DNA of 64,000 nt from an uncultured Candidatus Saccharibacteria bacterium. GTDB lineage: Bacteria > Patescibacteriota > Minisyncoccia > Phycocordibacterales > PCTT01. Positions within the stretch are counted from its first letter, which is position 1. The number at the start of each line of letters is the position of its first letter. The stretch spans positions 199,690 to 263,689 of the forward strand of contig CAZMIM010000001.1 of assembly GCA_964566505.1 (NCBI GenBank), given 5' to 3'. This document shows positions 57,211 to 64,000 of the stretch, one piece after another. Under the pieces are notes generated by a model that saw only the letters and a list, made by a program, of their open reading frames with translations, did not search any database and was not told the DNA's origin. Both the position numbers and the translations under genes were made by a program.

Positions 57211-59943
57211 TTATGACTTTTTCCAAAACATGAGTGAATCAAGCGTATATGCACTTTTAAATACGATATATTTTGAAACTTCAATGGTAGCAATATTAAG
57301 GAGTGCAACACCTACAAGAATCAAAACTTCGTAGAAATGAAGTGTTGTGAGCTGAAGCAATGCACGAAGTGGCGCGAGAGTAAGAGCCACAAAAAGTAGA
57401 GCCAAGCTAATTAAAGATGAAAGAATAAGGAATTTATTATTAAAGAGTTTTATTTTCCAAATAGGCTGTGAAAAACTTTTCAATGAAACAATAAAGAAGA
57501 GTGCATCGAGTGAGAGTGTAACAAACATCATTGTTCGAACTTCTTCAATCGGCACACCAAAGCGCAACAGCACAAGGAAAAGCAAAAGTGTTATCACTCC
57601 AGTGATTGCACCGATAAGAGCAATCAGAGTTCGTACACTTCCATCCAGCAAATGCGCAGATGCATTTTTCTGAGGCTTTCGCTTCATTACACTATCTTCT
57701 GCTGGCTCGAAAGCGAATGCAAAGTTTAAAAGACCTCCTTCGATAATATTCACCCACAAAATCTGTGCTGGCAAAATAGGAAGCGCGACACCAAATACAA
57801 GCGCCCCCATAACCAAAAATATCTCTCCAAAACTTGTAGATACCAAGTGGGTCACAATACGCTTTAGATTATCAATAATCCTTCTTCCCTCTTTTATAGC
57901 AGCCGTAATTACGCCAAAGCTATTTTCCAAAAGCACCAAATCAGATGCTTCTTTTGCTACATCTGTTCCAGAACCCACAGCCACGCCAATATCCGCATTG
58001 AAAAGTGCAGGAGCGTCATTGATACCATCACCCGTCATTGCCACAACCTCATCATGCGCACGCAATATATTTACCACTCTAAGTTTGTGAGACGGAAGCA
58101 TTCGAGCAAATACATCACGCTCCATCACAAGATCAAAAAGTTCTTTGTCAGTCAAAGATTCTGTTTCTGCACCAAGTACAGTACGAGCCCGAGAGCGTAC
58201 TATTCCTGCCTCACGTGCAATCGCTCGTGCAGTTTCAGGGTTATCGCCAGTAGCCATTACTACCCGAGCGCCAGCCTCTTGGGCTATCTTTATTTGAGAT
58301 GGCACATCCTCACGAATAGGGTCATTGAAAGAAAGATATCCTGCAAAAACAAGGTTTTTCAACACTTTCTCATCAAGCGCTCCGTGCTCGTTTTTAGGAA
58401 TTGAGTCATATGATACATCCATATATGCCACCGCAATCATTCGAGAACCTTTTTTACTCTCTTTCTTTTGCTCACTCAAAAATGCATTTTCAATATCTTT
58501 TGTTTTGTGAACCGTATCCTCACCACGATATACATCGCCTGAAAGCGTTAGTAGCTTCTCCGGCTCTCCTGAAAGATACAGGCGATATGCTCCGTTTTTT
58601 TGATGAAGTGATGCCGCAAAGCGATTTTCAGAGCTAAAAGCCAAAAAGTCTACACGAGGTTCTTTTTGGTGCACATCAACCTGTTCAGTAAAATGCTCAA
58701 GTCCATATGTCAAAATAGCTTTCTCTATAGGGCGCCCATGAACAACTTTATGCTCTCCCCCCTTCTCGTCATATTCATCTTCAATAAATGCATCTGATGC
58801 TGCAATAGCAATACGCAATATTTCTGTATTTAAAACTTCGCTATCACCATCTTGTATGTCAGAGAAGCTAATAAAACCATTAAGCACCATCTGTGCTTGT
58901 GTTAGTGTCCCTGTTTTGTCTGTCAAAATCACAGTCGTACTCCCAAGTGTCTCTGCTGCCAAAAGGTTCCGCACAAGACCTCCTGCTTTTAGTATTCGCT
59001 CCATACCAATAGCAAGCACCACAGTCACGGCGGCAGGAAGCCCCTCGGGCACCACCGACACCGCAATTGCAATAGCTACCAAAACCATTTCCACCAAATC
59101 ACCACCCCGCAAAAGACCCAGCCCAAAAATAAGTACCGTTCCTGCCACCACTACAATAGATAGAAATCGTGCAAGTGTTTTTATATTTTTCTGTATTGGT
59201 GTCTCTACACCATCTTTCTCTATTAACTGACTCGCGATTGCGCCGATTTGTGTATCTTCACCAATATCCACTACAACACCGCGTGCAGATCCAGATACCG
59301 CAAGCGTGCCCATCCATGCCATATTTGACTGCTCTGCCACAGCTCTGTCCTCTGCAATCAGTCGTGCGTCTTTTGAAACAGGCGCCCACTCACCTGTAAG
59401 CGCTGATTCATTTACCTCAAATTCTGTCTCTTCAAGAAGTCGAATATCTGCAGGTATAGATTGCCCCGCATCAAGCTCTACCACATCACCCACCACCAAC
59501 TCACTTGCTAATATCTTTTTCTTTTTTCCTTCTCTTATAACAGTTGCATATTTTTGAACAGATGCACTAAGTCTATCGAATGCCTTTGATGCGCGACCTT
59601 CTTGAAATACCCCAATCAAAACATTTATAAGTACCGCCAAGAAAATCACTGCAGTATCAACATTGTGCCCCAAGAGAAGTGTCGCAAACCCCGCAACCAC
59701 CAATATTAAAACAAGCGGACTTTTAAATTGTGAAATAATACGCGACCACAAACCACCTCCAGTATCTGAGTCGAATTCATTTCTACCGTATCGTTTTTGG
59801 AGAGCTTCTGCCCTTTTATATGTTATTCCATTTGAAAAATCGCTTGAGAGTCGTACCTCAAGCTGTGTTTTATCAATCTGATACCACCTAACACCAATAG
59901 CTGTATGTTGTGATGTATCAGTATCAACCTTATTCATGTTCAT
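57211..59943 (-). CDS. Cation-transporting P-type ATPase (P2A-like)
   Basis: TGE, PEGLP, DKTGTLT, TGDN, GDGIND, QILWVN. Confidence 0.92.
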   Translation of the reverse strand: MNMNKVDTDTSQHTAIGVRWYQIDKTQLEVRLSSDFSNGITYKRAEALQKRYGRNEFDSDTGGGLWSRIISQFKSPLVLILVVAGFATLLLGHNVDTAVIFLAVLINVLIGVFQEGRASKAFDRLSASVQKYATVIREGKKKKILASELVVGDVVELDAGQSIPADIRLLEETEFEVNESALTGEWAPVSKDARLIAEDRAVAEQSNMAWMGTLAVSGSARGVVVDIGEDTQIGAIASQLIEKDGVETPIQKNIKTLARFLSIVVVAGTVLIFGLGLLRGGDLVEMVLVAIAIAVSVVPEGLPAAVTVVLAIGMERILKAGGLVRNLLAAETLGSTTVILTDKTGTLTQAQMVLNGFISFSDIQDGDSEVLNTEILRIAIAASDAFIEDEYDEKGGEHKVVHGRPIEKAILTYGLEHFTEQVDVHQKEPRVDFLAFSSENRFAASLHQKNGAYRLYLSGEPEKLLTLSGDVYRGEDTVHKTKDIENAFLSEQKKESKKGSRMIAVAYMDVSYDSIPKNEHGALDEKVLKNLVFAGYLSFNDPIREDVPSQIKIAQEAGARVVMATGDNPETARAIAREAGIVRSRARTVLGAETESLTDKELFDLVMERDVFARMLPSHKLRVVNILRAHDEVVAMTGDGINDAPALFNADIGVAVGSGTDVAKEASDLVLLENSFGVITAAIKEGRRIIDNLKRIVTHLVSTSFGEIFLVMGALVFGVALPILPAQILWVNIIEGGLLNFAFAFEPAEDSVMKRKPQKNASAHLLDGSVRTLIALIGAITGVITLLLFLVLLRFGVPIEEVRTMMFVTLSLDALFFIVSLKSFSQPIWKIKLFNNKFLILSSLISLALLFVALTLAPLRALLQLTTLHFYEVLILVGVALLNIATIEVSKYIVFKSAYTLDSLMFWKKS

Positions 59944-60676
59944 CTATTGTACTCTTCTCAAGAGATGGATTGATAATAGGCTCCTCTTTTTTTACCTCTT
60001 TTTTCTCCTCCTCTATCTCCTCTTCTTGTATGTCTTGATCTCGTGAAAATCCAAACAATGAAAATATAACAATGCTTGAAAGCACAATACCCAAAAGGTT
60101 GATCACAAAAAGAAGCAATCCTCCTGCAAAAAGATCTCGTGAAAATAATGACACTGAAATACCTACTGCCGAGAGCGGTGGCAAAAGCGACACGGTAATG
60201 GCAACACCTGGCAAAATATTTGGTGCATTTTGTTTAACCCAAGAAAATGACGCAATACCTCCTGAGAAAAATGCTACGAGAAAGAATAGAAAGTTTGGCG
60301 TTGATGATAGAAGTAACTGTTCTGTTACTTCGCGCTCGTTCACCACAAATGCAGTTACAAAAGATACTCCAAACACAACAAGTATTGCTCTCCATAATAT
60401 TTTAAGAGAGCGCATTATTGCATCCCTACTTGATGTCACAATACCCATTCCAAATGAAAGTATTGGAAATAGAATCGGAGCAATAAGCATAGCTCCTACA
60501 ATAACTATAGGGTTATCTAGAAGTAGCCCCAATGCAGAGATAAAAGCAGAGAACGAAAGAAAGATGTAGAAGTTTGCATTTGCACGACTTTCTTCTGTGA
60601 GTGTTTCGATTGTTTTTCGTCTTTGAAAAAATGATGCCCACAATACTGGCTGTGACTCTTTCTTTGTTGGTTCCAT
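59930..60676 (-). CDS. DUF389 (TIGR00341-like) membrane protein
   Basis: IVGAMLIAP, LPGVAI.VSLLPPL. Confidence 0.88.
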   Translation of the reverse strand: MEPTKKESQPVLWASFFQRRKTIETLTEESRANANFYIFLSFSAFISALGLLLDNPIVIVGAMLIAPILFPILSFGMGIVTSSRDAIMRSLKILWRAILVVFGVSFVTAFVVNEREVTEQLLLSSTPNFLFFLVAFFSGGIASFSWVKQNAPNILPGVAITVSLLPPLSAVGISVSLFSRDLFAGGLLLFVINLLGIVLSSIVIFSLFGFSRDQDIQEEEIEEEKKEVKKEEPIINPSLEKSTIDEHE

Positions 60677-60755
60677 ATATCTCTATTATAGCGAGGAGAC
60701 TCGCTTGGCTCAAGATAATTGCAAATCAACCACCCGAGTAGTAACATATCGATAT

Positions 60756-61205
60756 ATGCATGACAAAATACAACAACAAATGCAGGACGCTCTCAAAGCG
60801 CGAGACGAGCTAAGACTCTCTGTGCTTCGAGGAATGATTTCTGCATTTACAAATGAGCTTGTGGCAACAAAAAGAACACCGCAAGAAAAGCTAGCGGATG
60901 ACGAGGTTATTGCAGTTATTACTCGACTCGCAAAGCAAAGAAAAGAGTCTATTACACAGTTTAATGCTGGAAATCGACCTGATTTAGCAGAAAAAGAAGA
61001 AAAAGAGCTCTCTATTCTCCAAGAGTACCTCCCTGAAATGATAAGTATGGATGAAATAAAGAAGGTTGTGGAAGAGAAAAAATCTTCACTTGGTGTAGAA
61101 GACAAAAGCAAAATGGGAATGCTTATGGGAGCTGTTATGGGAGAATTGAAAGGAAAAGCAGAAGGAAATGACGTAAAACAAGCTGTAGAAGAAGCTCTTT
61201 CCTAA
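60756..61205 (+). CDS. GatB/YqeY domain protein
   Basis: ALKARD..RL..LR, KQRKESI..F..GNR.DLA.KE..E...L..YLP. Confidence 0.92.
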   Translation: MHDKIQQQMQDALKARDELRLSVLRGMISAFTNELVATKRTPQEKLADDEVIAVITRLAKQRKESITQFNAGNRPDLAEKEEKELSILQEYLPEMISMDEIKKVVEEKKSSLGVEDKSKMGMLMGAVMGELKGKAEGNDVKQAVEEALS

Positions 61206-61224
61206 ATGCAAATGATTTGCATTT
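61204..61224. repeat. Third copy of AAATGCAAATGATTTGCATTT
   Basis: Identical to 5502-5522 and 36125-36145; overlaps the YqeY stop codon. Confidence 0.85.
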
Positions 61225-61399
61225 GGCTGTCAGACCGCTCAATAGAGCGGTTTTTGATTTATATATACATATACATGTGTATAACCATGTTGATAACTTT
61301 CTAATATCTAAATAATAAGTCTCTGATAACCTTAGGATATCTTTACTCCAAAAACACAAAGTCCCCACAAATGTGGGGATTTTTATGTGGATAAAATGT

Positions 61400-61543
61400 T
61401 TATTGAGAGCTTATTACAGAAGCTTCCTGTATCTCCCCTCCCATTTTTAGCTCTACATACTGGCTCGCAAGCACTAAAAGTGCAGACAGTGCAATAATTC
61501 CCGCAAATCCAAGTAGAAATTTAAAATAACTTTTGTTGAACAT
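61400..61543 (-). CDS. Putative 47-aa single-TM protein
   Basis: MFNKSYFKFLLGFAGIIALSALLVLASQ...; starts 1 nt after the TPR gene stop; hairpin 61358-61384. Confidence 0.65.
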   Translation of the reverse strand: MFNKSYFKFLLGFAGIIALSALLVLASQYVELKMGGEIQEASVISSQ

Positions 61544-61544
61544 A

Positions 61545-62195
61545 TTATTTTATTGAGCTTTTAAGTGATTGTAGTTCTAAATCTTGTGGAAGCTCCTTGA
61601 TTCCAAGGTTTACAAAATCGCGTGCTTTCTTTGTATCTTTTAATACATGTTGGAAAAACTCCACAGCCTTGAAATATGTTGGGAGATATTTAGGCGCAAT
61701 CTGTTGAGCTTTATTGTAATACTCTTCTGCCTTTGTATAATCTCGCAAGTCATATGCATAAAGATCCGCCAAGTTAGCCGCTACAATAGCATTGCCAGGC
61801 TCTATGGCAAGTACGTACAACCACACTTCCTCTGCATCAGAATATGCTCCTGCATTCTTCCAATATATACCAATGTCAATCCATGCATCTGTGTTATATA
61901 TGTTTTCTTTTGCCATATTTATAACAAATTGAAGAAAATCCTTTGACTGCTTTGAAAGCTTTGATATATCGATGTTTCTGTCTAACGATGGAGCTTCAAC
62001 GCCTGAATCAGTATCCACAATAGGCACAACCTCAATAGTTTCCTCTATGTTTAGAATACCGTCTGCTACATCTTCTGTATCTTCTGTTGGGCTTTTATCT
62101 ATATCACCATCTAATGTATTCATCTGATATACAGCCCCTGCAATAATAAGAGCAAGAATAACTGCCAATATAATTATTATGTATCTATATTTCAT
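61545..62195 (-). CDS. Membrane-anchored TPR protein
   Basis: N-terminal TM; TPR-like W..IG..W...G.Y..A, A.NLA.LY, AE.YY.KA....P. Confidence 0.8.
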   Translation of the reverse strand: MKYRYIIIILAVILALIIAGAVYQMNTLDGDIDKSPTEDTEDVADGILNIEETIEVVPIVDTDSGVEAPSLDRNIDISKLSKQSKDFLQFVINMAKENIYNTDAWIDIGIYWKNAGAYSDAEEVWLYVLAIEPGNAIVAANLADLYAYDLRDYTKAEEYYNKAQQIAPKYLPTYFKAVEFFQHVLKDTKKARDFVNLGIKELPQDLELQSLKSSIK

Positions 62196-62298
62196 CCCGT
62201 TAGTAATTATTTATTATAATCTTTTTTTTCATTTGGCGTATCTTTCTAACAATACGTAATTCATTATATCCCGTTATTTTATTGAATTACTAACGGGA
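62195..62298 (-). mobile_element. Start-codon-abutting TIR element, copy E (104 bp, divergent)
   Basis: 14-bp TIR TCCCGTTAGTAATT/AATTACTAACGGGA ending at the A of ATG 62195; no flanking duplication. Confidence 0.65.
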
Positions 62299-62350
62299 CG
62301 AATGATACGGCCATTATATCAACATTTCCCTCTTTGATAAGCATCCTATC

Positions 62351-62419
62351 AGTTTGGGAGAGTCAGACTCTCCCAAACTTAAATAAACTCGGGTACACCC
62401 TGAATAAACTCGGGTACAC
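62351..62419. repeat. REP-like palindrome plus 17-bp direct repeat
   Basis: AGTTTGGGAGAGTC-A-GACTCTCCCAAACT; AATAAACTCGGGTACAC at 62382 and 62403. Confidence 0.65.
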
Positions 62420-62447
62420 AAAAACCCCGCCGAAGCGGGGTTTTTGT
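62418..62447 (-). terminator. Terminator of the large surface protein gene
   Basis: ACAAAAACCCCGC-CGAA-GCGGGGTTTTTGT. Confidence 0.8.
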
Positions 62448-62478
62448 TAGTTCGAGATTACTCGCAACTAATTAAGAA

Positions 62479-64000
62479 TTAGTGTGAGAATACTCGTACC
62501 GCGAAGTCCTGTCCAACTGATGGGTATCCAGGTACTCCATAACCGTTTGTCCAGTCAAGATTGCTGTTCATAGCAGCAGTTTGAGTTGGAGTGGTTGTTG
62601 AGAACGGAGTCCAAACAAAGTTGTCTACGCTACCTGCCTCAACAGTTGACACAGTTCCCATGTTCTCTGCAAGTGATGGATATGCGCTATCCGCTCGTAG
62701 ATTAACATTGAGTGTTTCTGTGTTTGCTGCTGAAAGTCCTGAGATTGATGATGCTCGAAGAGCAAATGTCTTAGAACCTCCTGCTGGAATTCGTCGATCT
62801 ACATTTGTGTTGTCAAATGCAATTGATACAACTTGTGAGCCAGTTACACCTGCAGCTTCAGCTGCTGATGAGTTAACTGCTCCTGATGGTCCAAATAGTT
62901 GGAATCCAGTTGTTGTCGCACCTGTTGTAGCAACATCGAATTGTAGTCTTCGAAGACCAATGTCTCGTCCTGTACCTGCTGTGATCTTGATCTTGTAAAG
63001 ATCTGAACCAGCTGCAAGTGTAGTTGAAGTTGTTACATCTTCAACTGTTGGAACGCTTCGGAACACACGTAGACCATTTGTATCAGTATCTGATGAAGAT
63101 GGGCTGATAGTTGTTCCTGACGCTACTCCTGTTCCGTAGTTACCGTTGAGACCGTTGTTGTCTCCATCGTAGTTTACTTCTAGGAATGCTCCGAATGCTC
63201 CTGATGCTGAGTTAGCATTTTGTCCTGCGAGATCACCCTTAATAGTGATTGTCTCGAATTCACCTGCCTCAACTGTCACTGGTGTTGATAGTGTTGTTGT
63301 AGCATTGTCGGCGTTTGTACCAACAAAGTTTGCTTCTCCAACCTTAACACCGTCGTGCCATAGAGTCACCTTCTGATCTACAAGATCTGTTGGTGAGTTT
63401 GAAGCTGTGTTTCCAAGTGCAAGTGCAAGTTGCTTAATCTGCACATCCTCTGCAGTTCCTGCCTCAAATCGAAGAGCAGCAAGTGTAACACCTGTTGTTC
63501 CCGCTTGTGCAATTGTGTAAAGGATTGATGTGTCTGCTGACACTGTGTAAGAACCTCCTGTTGCTGATGTCATAGCCTGTCCTGATGATGTTGACCATGT
63601 CTCAGTAATAGTTGTTCCTGAAGATACTCCTGAAGCTGCTGAGTATGATGACGCATTGTCATCATTTCCAAATGTGAAGCTTCCTGAAGTAGCTGATGTT
63701 GACACGTCACATGTAAGTGAAAGAGTCTTCGCTGTTCCCTTAGGAACTGTGATTCCTGTTCCATCAAATGTGAATGTGATGTCTTCTCCAGTTGAGTGAC
63801 TTGATGCAGGATTAACAATGTTTGATCCTGTTGTCACTGCTGTTGATCCGTCCCATAGCTGACATCCTGTTAGGTATGTCGCAACGTTTGTTGAGTATGA
63901 GAGTTTTGCTGGGAATGATGTTACCCGTAGATCTTCTCCTGAAGATGTTGCATCGAATACGTATCGAGCAAACTCAAAGTCTTGTGCTCCTGCGATCACA
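62479..64000 (-). CDS. 3' part of a large Ser/Thr/Gly-rich beta-sandwich surface protein (continues beyond window)
   Basis: Open frame to the window edge; repeated Ig-like segments; WTNGY.V.G near the C-terminus. Confidence 0.75.
   Translation of the reverse strand, partial: VIAGAQDFEFARYVFDATSSGEDLRVTSFPAKLSYSTNVATYLTGCQLWDGSTAVTTGSNIVNPASSHSTGEDITFTFDGTGITVPKGTAKTLSLTCDVSTSATSGSFTFGNDDNASSYSAASGVSSGTTITETWSTSSGQAMTSATGGSYTVSADTSILYTIAQAGTTGVTLAALRFEAGTAEDVQIKQLALALGNTASNSPTDLVDQKVTLWHDGVKVGEANFVGTNADNATTTLSTPVTVEAGEFETITIKGDLAGQNANSASGAFGAFLEVNYDGDNNGLNGNYGTGVASGTTISPSSSDTDTNGLRVFRSVPTVEDVTTSTTLAAGSDLYKIKITAGTGRDIGLRRLQFDVATTGATTTGFQLFGPSGAVNSSAAEAAGVTGSQVVSIAFDNTNVDRRIPAGGSKTFALRASSISGLSAANTETLNVNLRADSAYPSLAENMGTVSTVEAGSVDNFVWTPFSTTTPTQTAAMNSNLDWTNGYGVPGYPSVGQDFAVRVFSH

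Overview
This 64-kb chromosomal window most likely comes from a Patescibacteria (CPR, Parcubacteria-like) bacterium using genetic code 11. The inference rests on streamlined PheS/PheT/RF2/EF-Ts/Pyk, a split transketolase in a glycolysis/pentose-phosphate cluster, tRNAs mostly without encoded CCA, and many apparently leaderless genes. Most genes are on the minus strand. Content: an RND efflux pair, a split DipZ-like thiol-redox pair, gyrB, pheST, tsf-rpsB, prfA, L31B, L25, sugar-metabolism genes, ndh, nth, a Fur-family/ZIP pair, ftsEX-prfB, six tRNAs, rmuC, a P2A ATPase and the 3' part of a large surface protein. An accessory island of about 12.5 kb (39.6-52.2 kb) next to tRNA-Gln carries a NACHT-nuclease, a ParB-methyltransferase, a large serine recombinase and a CsoR-regulated copper operon. 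The most striking unexplained feature is a family of five 104-144 bp elements bounded by TCCCG...CGGGA inverted repeats. In every copy the last base is the A of a gene's ATG. Four copies are flanked by a duplication of the start-codon region that leaves a tiny upstream ORF, and several carry an internal second copy of the terminal repeat that could switch the RNA fold. Two tRNAs are likewise preceded by folded pseudo-copies of their own 5' ends. An identical 21-bp Fur-box-like palindrome recurs at three sites. All annotations are from motif recognition by eye; no searches or folding programs were run.
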